Source of the DNA: an uncultured Acidobacteriota bacterium | GTDB lineage: Bacteria; Acidobacteriota; Thermoanaerobaculia; UBA5066 | Direction: 5' to 3' | Assembly (NCBI GenBank): GCA_963779415.1 | Contig: CAVZYA010000002.1 | Location: 384,001-448,000 of the forward strand | Length of the DNA: 64,000 bases | Notes under the pieces: model-generated | Told to the model about the DNA's origin: nothing | The model's input: the letters and a program-made list of their open reading frames with translations, nothing else | The model's database searches: none | Translations under genes and position numbers: made by a program | Shown: positions 51,990 through 61,569 of the stretch, in pieces | Position numbering within the stretch: the first letter of the stretch is position 1 | Layout: every line of letters starts with the position of its first letter

Positions 51990-52807
51990 TGGCCGTCCCG
52001 GTCGACGTTCTAGCGTTCGGCGCGCACCCGGACGACGTGGAGCTCGGCTGCGGCGGGACGCTCGCCGCGCTCGCGATACGGGGCTACCGAATCGGGATCT
52101 GCGATCTGACGCGCGGGGAGGCGGGAACGCGCGGAACGCCGGCGACCCGCGCCGCCGAGGCGAGGCTTGCCGCGGAGATTCTCGGTGCCGCCTTCCGGGC
52201 GACGCTCGATCTCGGCGACGGAAACCTCCGGACCGACCGTGCCGCGGAACTCGACGTGATCGCGGTCATCCGGGCTGCGCGCCCGCGAATCGTTTTGGCG
52301 CCCTGGGTGACGGCCCGGCACCCGGACCACGCCCGCGCCTCGAAGCTCGTTGCCGAGGCGGCGTGGTACTCGGGCCTCCGTAGCCTCGACACGGGCCTCG
52401 CCGCCTGGCGCCCCCAGCAGGTTCTCTACTACGCTTCCTCTCCGGTCGCCAATGTGTCGTTCCTCGTCGACGTGACGGCGGTCTTCGAGACGAAGCTCCG
52501 GGCGATCGGGGCCTTCCGGAGCCAGTTCCACGACCCGGGCTCCACCGAGCCGGAGACCTACATCTCGACGGCAGGATTCCGGGATGGGATCCGGGCCCGT
52601 GCGCAGGCGCTGGGACAGATGGCGAACGTCGCGTACGCCGAGGCGTTCCTCGCCCACGTCCCACCCCGGGTCGACGATCCCGTCTGCGGCGTTCGAAGGA
52701 TACGAACCGGGATTTCCGAAATGAAGATCGGAATTGGCTCGCCGGGGGGCTTGCCTGCAACGACGGGGCCCCACCCCGTCGTTCCCCCGGACCCCCTAAA
52801 GGAGTAG
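51989..52807 (+). CDS. bshB1: N-acetylglucosaminyl-malate deacetylase BshB1 (true stop probably 52724)
   Basis: GAHPDDVELGCGG, DLTRGE, HPDH, SQF. As read it ends at 52807; removing one base near 52685 gives the tail AAFEGYEPGFPK-stop at 52724. Confidence 0.88.
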   Translation: MAVPVDVLAFGAHPDDVELGCGGTLAALAIRGYRIGICDLTRGEAGTRGTPATRAAEARLAAEILGAAFRATLDLGDGNLRTDRAAELDVIAVIRAARPRIVLAPWVTARHPDHARASKLVAEAAWYSGLRSLDTGLAAWRPQQVLYYASSPVANVSFLVDVTAVFETKLRAIGAFRSQFHDPGSTEPETYISTAGFRDGIRARAQALGQMANVAYAEAFLAHVPPRVDDPVCGVRRIRTGISEMKIGIGSPGGLPATTGPHPVVPPDPLKE

Positions 52808-52810
52808 CTG

Positions 52811-53929
52811 GTGAAGATAGGTATTGCCTGTTACCCAACTTTTGGGGGGTCGGGGGTCGTCGCGACGGAGCTGGGGCGCGAGCTGGCGCGGCGCGGGCAC
52901 CATGTCCACTTCATCACGTACGCCCCTCCCTCGCGTCTGACGGCCTTCACCGACCGGATGAGCTACCACGAGGTGTCGGTCCCGTCGTATCCGCTCTTCC
53001 AGTACGCGCCGTACGACCTCGCTCTCGCGACGCGGATCGTCGACGTGGCGGAGCACGAGGGCCTCGACCTCCTGCACGCCCACTACGCTCTCCCGCACGC
53101 GATTTCGGCCCATCTCGCCCGCGAGATGCTGGCGCCGCGGCACCTCGGCGTCGTGACGACGCTCCACGGCACCGACATCACGATCGTGGGCCAGGACCGG
53201 TCGTACCTCCCGATCACCCGTTTCGGGATCGACCGCTCCGACGCCGTGACCGCCGTCTCGAAGTACTTGCGGAAGGTGACCGAGGACGTCTTCCGCCCCT
53301 CGCGCGCGATCGAAGTGATCCCGAACTTCATCGACCCCGAGCGATGGAAGCCCCACGCCGACGGCACGGTCTGCCGAGTGGCGCCGGCGGGACGGAAGGT
53401 CCTTCTCCACGTCTCGAACTTCCGACCGGTCAAGCGAGTCCTCGACGTCGTCGAAATCTTCGACCGGGTGAACCGGATCGTTCCGTCCTGGCTCGTGATG
53501 GTGGGCGACGGCCCGGATCGTCCGGCGGCGGAGGAACTCTGCCGCGCCCGCGGACTCGCCGGCTCGGCGACCTTCCTCGGGAACATGCCGTTCCTCGAGG
53601 CGATCGTCCCCGGCGCGGATCTCTACATTCTTCCGTCGAACTCGGAATCGTTCGGACTCTCGGCCCTCGAGGCACAGGCCAGCGGCGTCCCCGTCCTCGG
53701 CTACGACGTCGGAGGCCTCCCGGAGGTCGTCGAGAAAGGGCGGACCGGCTTCCTCCGGGCGGTGGGCGACCTCGACGGCCTCGCGGGTGACGCCATCGCG
53801 ATCCTGTCTGATCCCGCGCGCTATGACGCCATGTCGAAAGCCTCGCGGGAGCGGGCCGTCGGCCTCTTCAACGCGGAGTCGATCGTCCCGTTCTACCTCG
53901 AGGTCTACGAGCGGGTCCTCGCGCGCTGA
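52811..53929 (+). CDS. bshA: N-acetyl-alpha-D-glucosaminyl L-malate synthase
   Basis: KIGIACYPTFGGSGVVATELG, HAHYALPHA, TTLHGTD, SNFRPVKR, ESFGL. Confidence 0.95.
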   Translation: MKIGIACYPTFGGSGVVATELGRELARRGHHVHFITYAPPSRLTAFTDRMSYHEVSVPSYPLFQYAPYDLALATRIVDVAEHEGLDLLHAHYALPHAISAHLAREMLAPRHLGVVTTLHGTDITIVGQDRSYLPITRFGIDRSDAVTAVSKYLRKVTEDVFRPSRAIEVIPNFIDPERWKPHADGTVCRVAPAGRKVLLHVSNFRPVKRVLDVVEIFDRVNRIVPSWLVMVGDGPDRPAAEELCRARGLAGSATFLGNMPFLEAIVPGADLYILPSNSESFGLSALEAQASGVPVLGYDVGGLPEVVEKGRTGFLRAVGDLDGLAGDAIAILSDPARYDAMSKASRERAVGLFNAESIVPFYLEVYERVLAR

Positions 53930-54888
53930 AGGGCGGCGCGGCGCGACGCGCGGGCGAGGGCCGCAAGCTCGGCTTCCGTCAGGCCCGCTGCCGCGAGCGC
54001 TCGATACTCGCCGAGAAGCGTCGTCCCGAAGAGGCCGGGGTCATCGGTGGAAATCGTCACGGCGACCCCGGCCGCGAGAAGAAGACGGACCCGGGAGGCG
54101 ACGTCGCCGATCGAAGCGAGCGCGCCCGTCGCGATGTTGGACGTCGGAGAGACGTCGAGGACGACGCCGCGCGCCGCGAGCCGACGCATTAACGCGGGAT
54201 CCTCGGCGGCGCGGATGCCGTGGGCGATCCGAACGGGTCCGAGCCAGCGGAGCGCGGACGCCACCGACTCGGGGCCGCTCCACTCCCCGGCGTGGACGAG
54301 CGGCGCGAGCCCGAGTTTCCGGACGCGGGCGTAAACCGTCGCGAAGTCGCGCGCCGGGAGAGCCGTTTCGTCGCCGCCGAGGCCGAAGCCGCAGGCGCGA
54401 GGCCACGGGCGCCGCTCGTGGTGGTCGAGGACGCGGTGCGCGGCTTCGGGTCCCCATTGCCGGACCGAGTCGTAGAGGACGACGATCCGGCCGCCGCCGC
54501 GGCGCTCGTGGGCCGAGAAGACGTCTTCGATCGCGTCCCGAACGGGATCCCACGGAAGGCCGATCCGCTCCACGACAGCGGGAGAGACGTAGAGTTCGGC
54601 GTGACGGATCCGCTCGCGGCGGAGGCGGCGGACGAGGTCGCGGGCGACCGCGGCGTAGTCGCCGGGGCCGGTGAGGCAGCGGCAGACGTCTCGGTAGAAG
54701 TCGAGGAATGCCCGGAAATCTCCCCGCAGGCGACGCCGTGCACGGACGGAGGAAAGGTCGGCGAAAATAGGACGAGGGGAGCGGCAGGAGAGCGCGACGA
54801 GCGTCGCGGGCGAGATGGATCCCTCGAGGTGCAGGTGGAGTTCGACCTTCGAAGAGGAACGGAAGCGACGGAGAAAGCGGGTGGACAA
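53905..54888 (-). CDS. add: Adenosine/adenine deaminase family
   Basis: KVELHLHLEGS, GLGGDE, HAGE, RIAHG, PTSN, STDDP. Confidence 0.88.
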   Translation of the reverse strand: MSTRFLRRFRSSSKVELHLHLEGSISPATLVALSCRSPRPIFADLSSVRARRRLRGDFRAFLDFYRDVCRCLTGPGDYAAVARDLVRRLRRERIRHAELYVSPAVVERIGLPWDPVRDAIEDVFSAHERRGGGRIVVLYDSVRQWGPEAAHRVLDHHERRPWPRACGFGLGGDETALPARDFATVYARVRKLGLAPLVHAGEWSGPESVASALRWLGPVRIAHGIRAAEDPALMRRLAARGVVLDVSPTSNIATGALASIGDVASRVRLLLAAGVAVTISTDDPGLFGTTLLGEYRALAAAGLTEAELAALARASRRAALQRARTRS

Positions 54889-54921
54889 GGCGTTCCATCC
54901 TACGGCGTCCTCCCGCCGGGA

Positions 54922-55329
54922 ATACCCCCTGTCGAGCGGGTCTGGCTCCGTGCCGCGGCGTACGGGGTCGATCTCCTGATCCTGGCCGGGGTCCCTCTCC
55001 TCGTCTCGACCGTTGCGATCGTCGCGGTTCTGCTCGTGGTCGACGACCCGCCGGCATCGCTTGGCGCCGCCTTCCTCGCGGCGCAGGCGCTCTTCGGAAT
55101 GCTCTTCCTCCTTCGGGATGTCGGTGGCCAGAGTCCTGGCAAGCGCCTTTTCGGCCTTCGGCTCGTCCGGGAAGGGGGCCGGCCCGTGGGACTTTTCGCC
55201 TCCATCGCGCGAAACCTCCCGATGCTGATACCCGGCTGGAATCTCCTTGAGCTGCTTGCGGTTATACGGCGGGCGGACGGCCGCCGCGGCGGCGACCGCA
55301 TGGCCGGGACGACCCTCGTCGAGTCCTAG
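54922..55329 (+). CDS. RDD family membrane protein (start uncertain)
   Basis: RAAAYGVD, GQSPGKRLFGLRLV, RNL, RRGGDRMAGT. There is no in-frame ATG/GTG/TTG before the domain. Confidence 0.75.
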   Translation: MPPVERVWLRAAAYGVDLLILAGVPLLVSTVAIVAVLLVVDDPPASLGAAFLAAQALFGMLFLLRDVGGQSPGKRLFGLRLVREGGRPVGLFASIARNLPMLIPGWNLLELLAVIRRADGRRGGDRMAGTTLVES

Positions 55330-55340
55330 AGTCCCGGGGC

Positions 55341-55368
55341 GGAAACTTTTTCATCGGAGTTTTCGTTC
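55341..55368 (+). promoter_or_regulatory. ECF sigma-type promoter candidate
   Basis: GGAAAC-TTTTT..N17-CGTTC upstream of the DUF4097 gene. Confidence 0.45.
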
Positions 55369-55391
55369 AGGATGAACGGGAGCCCGAAACC

Positions 55392-56213
55392 ATGCGAGGA
55401 GAGTTCTTCTACCCCCGACGCCTCACGGCCATCGCCACGGCGGTCGCTGCGGTTCTCGTCTTTGCTGCCGGACCCGCCCGGGCAGCCGATGACCGGGAAG
55501 AGCGGATCGAGAAGACGCTCGATCTCGTCGGCATCCAGAAGGTCCGCGTCGAGAACGTCAACGGCTCCGTCCGGGTCGACTCGTGGGAAAACCCGACGTT
55601 GTCTCTGGTCGCGGTGAAGAAGGCAAAGGGCTCGAATGCGGCCGAGACGCTCGCGCAGACGGACGTGAAGATCCAGAAGACTGCGACGACGATCGAAATC
55701 GAGACCGTCCTTCCGAAGAATTCAGCCTGGAGCTTTTTCTCGTGGTGGGGCCGCGCGTCTGCCGAGGTGAGCTACGAGCTGAAGCTCCCGCCGTCGGTCG
55801 CGGTTCAGGTGGAGACCGTGAACGGCCGGATCGTGGCCGAGCGCCGCACCGGACCGCTCGTCCTCAACACGGTGAACGGTTCCATCCACGTCTCCGGTCA
55901 CGAGGGGGAGGTCCGGGCGACGACGGTCAACGGATCGGTCGAGGTGACCTTTGCCGGGAACGCTCGAAAATCCAGCCTCGAGACTGTGAACGGCTCGGTC
56001 ACGCTCACGGCCGCGCGGCAGTCGTCCATCCGGTACAGTCTGCAGACGGTCAACGGCCGGATCCGTTCGGAGTTCGCCGACCTGAAGGTCGAGGGGAAAT
56101 GGGGCCCGAAAGAGGCGCGCGGCGAGCTGAACGGCGGGCGCGAGGCGGTCTCGGTCGAGACGGTGAACGGATCGGTACGCCTGCAGGTAGCCGAGGCCTC
56201 GCCGCCTCACTGA
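55392..56213 (+). CDS. DUF4097 beta-strand repeat exported protein
   Basis: Signal peptide and repeated (E/T)TVNG(S/R)(I/V) motifs. Confidence 0.85.
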   Translation: MRGEFFYPRRLTAIATAVAAVLVFAAGPARAADDREERIEKTLDLVGIQKVRVENVNGSVRVDSWENPTLSLVAVKKAKGSNAAETLAQTDVKIQKTATTIEIETVLPKNSAWSFFSWWGRASAEVSYELKLPPSVAVQVETVNGRIVAERRTGPLVLNTVNGSIHVSGHEGEVRATTVNGSVEVTFAGNARKSSLETVNGSVTLTAARQSSIRYSLQTVNGRIRSEFADLKVEGKWGPKEARGELNGGREAVSVETVNGSVRLQVAEASPPH

Positions 56214-56270
56214 GCCCGAAGGGGGATTTGACCCGTCCGTCGTAGACTCACGGGACGAAAGGAGTCTGCG

Positions 56271-56639
56271 ATGTCGAACGAAGGCGTTCCCCCGCCCCCG
56301 GCTCCGCCCGCTCCACCGCCCTCGGCTCCGTCGGGGCAGAGAAACACCGGGATGCTGGTGCTCTGCTACCTCGGTCTTCTCGCCCTGATCCCGCTCCTCG
56401 TGGAGAAGAACGACCGGGAGGTGCAGTGGCACGCCAAGCACGGACTCGTCATCACCGGTCTTTTCTTCGTCATCTGGTTTGCGATCGCGGCCCTCGGCTA
56501 CATGATGCCGTTCTTCTTCCTGCTTCACCCGCTCTCGTGGCTCGCGTGGCTGGCGATCACGATCCTGTGCATCGTGAAGGCCGTGAACGGCCAGCGGTTC
56601 CTGATTCCGGGAATCTCGGAGTTCGCGGACAAGTTCTGA
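56271..56639 (+). CDS. DUF4870-like membrane protein
   Basis: LCYLG..VQWHAKHG..KAVNG.RF.IP with three TM helices; AAGGAG RBS. Confidence 0.8.
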   Translation: MSNEGVPPPPAPPAPPPSAPSGQRNTGMLVLCYLGLLALIPLLVEKNDREVQWHAKHGLVITGLFFVIWFAIAALGYMMPFFFLLHPLSWLAWLAITILCIVKAVNGQRFLIPGISEFADKF

Positions 56640-56662
56640 GAGGATCCCCCGCGGGGAAATCG

Positions 56663-56692
56663 AAAGGGGGGGGCGGCGCCCCCCCTTTTTTT
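56663..56692. terminator. Bidirectional intrinsic terminator
   Basis: AAAGGGGGGGGC-GGC-GCCCCCCCTTTTTTT between the convergent DUF4870 gene and tRNA-Leu. Confidence 0.8.
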
Positions 56693-56703
56693 CAGGATCT
56701 GTA

Positions 56704-56788
<85 letters not shown>

Positions 56789-56840
56789 ACGAGCGCGAGG
56801 GACGGGGATGATAACTCTCCCCCGCCCGTAATCAAGAGCC

Positions 56841-57209
56841 CTACTTCGTCGCGGGAGCGGGAGCCGCGGGGACGGCCGGGGCCGCCTGCTGCAGCGGTGC
56901 CGGAGCGGCGGGAGAAGCGGGGGCCGGGGCTGCCGGGGCGGGGCGGGCGCCTTTCTGCGACTGGAGGACGGCCGACTTCGGCCTGGCCTGGAGAAGCGAG
57001 ATCGCGACCGCGAGAACCGAGAAGGCGACGAACGACCAGGTCGTGATCTTCTCGAGAAGCGTCGTCGCCCCCCGGGCGCCGAACGTGGTCTGGGAGGAGG
57101 AGGCGCCGAAAGCGCTCGCTACGTCGGCTCCCTTCCCCTGCTGGAGAAGGACGACGAGGATCAGGAAGATGCAGACGAGAACGTAGATGGGAACGAGGAC
57201 GTAGATCAT
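56841..57209 (-). CDS. secG: Preprotein translocase subunit SecG
   Basis: VLLQQGKGAD..AFG..FGARG..LEKIT. Confidence 0.95.
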   Translation of the reverse strand: MIYVLVPIYVLVCIFLILVVLLQQGKGADVASAFGASSSQTTFGARGATTLLEKITTWSFVAFSVLAVAISLLQARPKSAVLQSQKGARPAPAAPAPASPAAPAPLQQAAPAVPAAPAPATK

Positions 57210-57308
57210 CGGTTCGGGTCCTCCGGTCGGTCCCGCCTAAAGGAGCCGGACCGGCCCGGCGGGGCCGCAGAGAATAGACGAAAAGACGGGTCTTGGCGAG
57301 TTCCGGCC

Positions 57309-58067
57309 TCAACCGGCGGCCCGGACGATGGCGGCAAACCCTCCCGGATCGAGGGACGCGCCCCCCACGAGACCTCCGTCGATCTCCGCCTCCGCGAAGA
57401 GCAGCGGGGAGTTGGCCGCGGTGACCGACCCGCCGTAGAGGATCCGGAGCCCGTCCGCGGCGGCGCGCCCGAAGCGGGCGGCAAGGCCGGCGCGGAGGAC
57501 GGCATGGGCTTCGGCAGCCATAGGCGGCGTCGCGGCGCGGCCGGTCCCGATTGCCCAGACGGGCTCGTAGGCGAGGACGAGACCGGGGTGCGGGGCCGAC
57601 AGGCCGTCGAAGGCGGTCAGTTGCCGCGCGAGGATCCGCTCCGTTGCACCGGCCTCCCGCTCCTCCAGACTCTCGCCGACGCAGTAGACGGGCGAGATCC
57701 CCGCTTCCACGAGGCGCTCCATCTTCTTCGCGAGGTCGGGCTCCGTCTCCCGCCGGTACCGGCGCCGCTCGCTGTGCCCGACTAGACAGAAGACGACGCC
57801 GAGGTCCTTCAGCATCCCCGACGAGACCTCTCCCGTGTAGGCCCCCTCCTTTTCGCCGTAGACGTCCTGCGCCCCGAGAAGAACGGGAGTTTCGCGGAGG
57901 AGAGCCCGGCCGACGCGCTCGAGGGCTGGAAAGGCCGGCGCGAGGCCGATCCCGACGCGGTGCGGGAGGGAGCCGAGCTCGCCCCGGAAGGCCGTGACGA
58001 ACCGCTCCGCCGCCGACGGCGCGAGATTCATCTTCCAGTTGCCGATGACGAGGCGGGCCCGGCTCAC
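57309..58067 (-). CDS. tpiA: Triosephosphate isomerase
   Basis: [35 protein letters not shown]. Confidence 0.97.
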   Translation of the reverse strand: MSRARLVIGNWKMNLAPSAAERFVTAFRGELGSLPHRVGIGLAPAFPALERVGRALLRETPVLLGAQDVYGEKEGAYTGEVSSGMLKDLGVVFCLVGHSERRRYRRETEPDLAKKMERLVEAGISPVYCVGESLEEREAGATERILARQLTAFDGLSAPHPGLVLAYEPVWAIGTGRAATPPMAAEAHAVLRAGLAARFGRAAADGLRILYGGSVTAANSPLLFAEAEIDGGLVGGASLDPGGFAAIVRAAG

Positions 58068-59254
58068 CGCAAGGCCTCGATTCCCGGGAGCTTCGCGCCG
58101 CTGACGAGGTCGAGCGAGGCGCCTCCGCCGGTCGAAACGTGCGAAATCTTCCCGGCGACACCCGCCGCGTGGACGGCCTCGACGCTCTCTCCGCCCCCGA
58201 CGACCGTGAACGCCGTCGACGTGGCCAGCATCCGTGCCACCTCCATCGTCCCTTCGTCGAACGGCCGGGTCTCGAAGACGCCCATCGGCCCGTTCCAGAA
58301 GATCGTCCTCGCGTCCTTCGTCATCCGGCGGAACATCTCGAGCGTCCTCGGGCCGACGTCGAACGCCGAGGCGCCGGCCGGGATGGCGTTCATCGCGACG
58401 GCGCGCGCCTCGGCGGCCCTTTCTAGCGACGGGGCGACGATGAAGTCGGACGGCAGAACGAGCGAGACGCCGCGCTCGCGGCAGCGGTCCATCACCTTCC
58501 GGGCGATCGGGACGCCGTCCGGCTCGAGGAGCGAGGTTCCGATCTCGAGACCGAGCGCCTTGACGAAGTGATTCGCCATCCCGCCGCCGACCAGAACGGT
58601 GTCGGCCCTCTCGACGAGCGCCTCGAGCGCCGCGATCTTTCCGAGGATCTTGGCGCCACCGAGGATCGCGGCAAAGGGGCGGTCGATCGAGTCGACGACG
58701 CGCGAGAGGGCCTTCAACTCCTTCTCCATCAGGAGGCCGACGCCGCGGGCCTCCTTCGGGAAGAAAGCCGCCATGCCGGCCGTGGAGGCGTGGGCCCGAT
58801 GCGCCGTGCCGAAGGCGTCGTTCACGTAGACGTTCGCGAGCGAGGCGAGCTGTTTCGCGAAGGCCGCGTCGTTCTTCTCCTCGCCGTCGTGGAAGCGGGT
58901 GTTCTCGAGGAGGAGGACGCCACCGGCCGGGAGCGCCTTCACGCCGGCTTCCGCCGCCGCTCCGACGCAGTCGGCGGCGAAGGCGACCGGCGAGCCGAGA
59001 AGCTTCTCGAGCGTCTTCGCGACGGGGGCGAGCGAGTACTTCGGGTCCGGGGCTCCCTTCGCCTTCCCGAGATGGGAGGCGAGGAGGACGCGGGCCCCCT
59101 TTTCCCGCGCGAGGCGGATCGTGGGAAGGGCCTCGGAGACGCGCGTGTCGTCCTTGACGACGCCGTCCTTGATCGGGACGTTGAAGTCGACGCGGAGAAA
59201 GAGCGTCTTTCCCGCGAGCGAAAGGTCGCGGATGGAGGTTGGAAGGGCGGACAT
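58064..59254 (-). CDS. pgk: Phosphoglycerate kinase
   Basis: [41 protein letters not shown]. Confidence 0.97.
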   Translation of the reverse strand: MSALPTSIRDLSLAGKTLFLRVDFNVPIKDGVVKDDTRVSEALPTIRLAREKGARVLLASHLGKAKGAPDPKYSLAPVAKTLEKLLGSPVAFAADCVGAAAEAGVKALPAGGVLLLENTRFHDGEEKNDAAFAKQLASLANVYVNDAFGTAHRAHASTAGMAAFFPKEARGVGLLMEKELKALSRVVDSIDRPFAAILGGAKILGKIAALEALVERADTVLVGGGMANHFVKALGLEIGTSLLEPDGVPIARKVMDRCRERGVSLVLPSDFIVAPSLERAAEARAVAMNAIPAGASAFDVGPRTLEMFRRMTKDARTIFWNGPMGVFETRPFDEGTMEVARMLATSTAFTVVGGGESVEAVHAAGVAGKISHVSTGGGASLDLVSGAKLPGIEALR

Positions 59255-59331
59255 GGTCGCTCCTTTTGAGGAGGAATGTCCCGCGAAGGCGGGTGGGGGC
59301 GGATCTCCCGGAAGGATTCTATAGTCGGCGC

Positions 59332-60429
59332 GTGACAGGAAGCCCGCTCGAAACCCGCGTCGTCCCCTGGTCGTACCGTGACGGGCGGCTTCTGCTTCTC
59401 GACCAGCGCCGGCTTCCGCACGAGGAGCGGCTTCTCGAGTGCGAGAGCGCCGCCGAAACGGCCGAGGCGATCCGCTCCCTCGCCGTCCGGGGCGCCCCGC
59501 TCATCGGCGTCGCGGCCGCGTTCGGGCTCGCCGCAGAAGCTCGCCGCGTGGCGGAGCGCGTTCCCGAGGACCTCGACGCGGCGATCGAGATCGCGGCACG
59601 GCGGCTCGCGGGCGCCCGTCCTACGGCCGTGAACCTCTCCGCCGCCGTGGCGCGGATGCTTCGCGCCGCGGCCGCGACGGCTGGCCGCCCGGCGGGAGAG
59701 CGGGTCGCGGCGCTGGAGCGGGAAGCGGCCGCGATCGCGGCGGAGGACCGCGAGGCATGCCTCCGGATCGGACGGCTCGGAGCCACCTGGATCCGGAGCC
59801 GGAGGAAGGACCGCCCGGCCGGAAAGTCCCTGACCCTCCTGACGCACTGCAACGCGGGGGCGCTCGCGACGGCAGGGATCGGAACGGCCCTCGGCATCGT
59901 CCGGGCGCTCGCGGCGGATGGGCCCGTCACCGTTTTCGCCGACGAGACGCGCCCCTTCCTTCAGGGGGCGCGGCTGACCGCGTGGGAGCTGATGCAGGAC
60001 GGGATCCCCGTGACGCTCCTTCCCGATGTCGCGGCCGCCGCGACGATCGGCTCCGGGCGGGTCGACGCGGTCGTGGTCGGGGCGGACCGGATCGCGGCCA
60101 ACGGGGACGTCGCGAACAAGGTCGGAACGTACGGCCTCGCCCTCGCCTGCCGCGCGCACGGAGTCCCCTTCGTCGTCGCGGCGCCGACGACGACGCTCGA
60201 CCCGGACTGCCCCGACGGAGCGGCGATTCCGATCGAGATCCGCCGGTCGGAGGAGGTTCTCTCGATCCCGACCCCGGCCGGCAGGACGATCCGCCTCGCC
60301 CCCGAAGGAGTCGCCGCTCTCTATCCCGCCTTCGACGTCACCCCCGCGGCGCTCGTCGACGCGATCGTCACGGAGCGGGGCGTGAGCGAGCCGCCGCATG
60401 TCGAGGCGCTGAGAGCGCTCCTCTCGTGA
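59332..60429 (+). CDS. mtnA: S-methyl-5-thioribose-1-phosphate isomerase
   Basis: [50 protein letters not shown]. Confidence 0.95.
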   Translation: MTGSPLETRVVPWSYRDGRLLLLDQRRLPHEERLLECESAAETAEAIRSLAVRGAPLIGVAAAFGLAAEARRVAERVPEDLDAAIEIAARRLAGARPTAVNLSAAVARMLRAAAATAGRPAGERVAALEREAAAIAAEDREACLRIGRLGATWIRSRRKDRPAGKSLTLLTHCNAGALATAGIGTALGIVRALAADGPVTVFADETRPFLQGARLTAWELMQDGIPVTLLPDVAAAATIGSGRVDAVVVGADRIAANGDVANKVGTYGLALACRAHGVPFVVAAPTTTLDPDCPDGAAIPIEIRRSEEVLSIPTPAGRTIRLAPEGVAALYPAFDVTPAALVDAIVTERGVSEPPHVEALRALLS

Positions 60430-61505
60430 CCCTCGTCCTCGGGATCGAGACGTCGTGCGACGAGACGTCGATTGCCCTCCTCGACGGCGACGGGCGCGCG
60501 GTCTCTTCGGTCGTCGCCTCCCAGACCGTCGCTCACGCGCGGTTCGGCGGCGTCGTCCCGGAGATCGCGGCCCGCGCGCACCTGACGAATCTCCCCCCTC
60601 TTCTCGACCGGACGCTCGCCGGGGCGGGAGCCTCCCTCCACGACGTGACGCTCGTTGCGGCGACGGCCGGGCCCGGGCTCGTCGGCGCGCTTCTCGTCGG
60701 TCTCTCCGAGGCCAAGGGGATCGCCTTCGGCCTCGGCGTTCCGTTCGTCCCGGTCCACCACATCGAGGCGCACGCGCTTTCGCCGTTCCTCGGCCCGGAT
60801 CGGGAGCCGGCGCGGCCGGTTCCCGAGGAGTTCTCCGCCCTCGTCGTCTCCGGCGGGCACACGCACCTCTACCGGTTCCACGGCCGGCGAGTCGCGCTTC
60901 TCGCCCGGACCCGTGACGACGCCGCCGGCGAGGCCTACGACAAGGTGGCGAAGATGGCCGGCCTCGGCTATCCGGGAGGGCCGGTCGTCGACCGCCTCGC
61001 CCGGAGCGGCCGGCCGTCTCGACCGTTCACAGTCCCGCGATTCTCCGACGGGTCGCTCGACTTCAGCTTCTCGGGGCTCAAGACGGCGGTCCGCGACCGT
61101 CTCGCGGCGCTCGGCCTCCGGCCCCAGACGGGGATTCCCGACGCCATCCGGACGGTCGAGGAAAACGAGGCCCCGGCGCCGCTTCGGGATCTCCTCGCGG
61201 AATTCCAGGAGGCCGTCGTGGCGCAACTGGAGGAGAGGCTCTCCCGCGTCCTCTGCGAGGAGCCATTCGTCACGCTGACCGTCTCGGGGGGCGTGGCGGC
61301 CAACTCGCTCCTCCGGGAGAGGCTGGTCGCGTGGGGGCGGAAGCGCGGCGTCGAGGTTCTCCTTCCGGACGATGCCTTGACGGGCGACAACGCAGTCATG
61401 GTCGCCTTCGCCGGCCTCCGCCGCCATCTCGCCGGGCAGAGCGGCGAGGGATTCGCCGCCGTCGCCCGGTCGCGCTGGCCGCTGGAATCGCAATCGGGCT
61501 CCTGA
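60426..61505 (+). CDS. tsaD: tRNA t6A37 threonylcarbamoyltransferase
   Basis: LGIETSCDET, GGVVPE, HHIEAH, SGGHT, DDAAGEAYDK, SFSGLKT, DNA. Confidence 0.96.
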   Translation: MTLVLGIETSCDETSIALLDGDGRAVSSVVASQTVAHARFGGVVPEIAARAHLTNLPPLLDRTLAGAGASLHDVTLVAATAGPGLVGALLVGLSEAKGIAFGLGVPFVPVHHIEAHALSPFLGPDREPARPVPEEFSALVVSGGHTHLYRFHGRRVALLARTRDDAAGEAYDKVAKMAGLGYPGGPVVDRLARSGRPSRPFTVPRFSDGSLDFSFSGLKTAVRDRLAALGLRPQTGIPDAIRTVEENEAPAPLRDLLAEFQEAVVAQLEERLSRVLCEEPFVTLTVSGGVAANSLLRERLVAWGRKRGVEVLLPDDALTGDNAVMVAFAGLRRHLAGQSGEGFAAVARSRWPLESQSGS

Positions 61506-61569
61506 GAAGACCGGAGTGAACGGAGCGGCGAGCCTTTGGGACCGGCAGCCGGTGCTACCCTTCGCCGCC

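Noticed and set aside
55540-56180. Recurrent ACGGTGAACGG-like repeats as a possible CRISPR or tandem array
   Set aside because: They are the coding TVNG beta-repeats of DUF4097, with irregular spacing and degenerate sequence.
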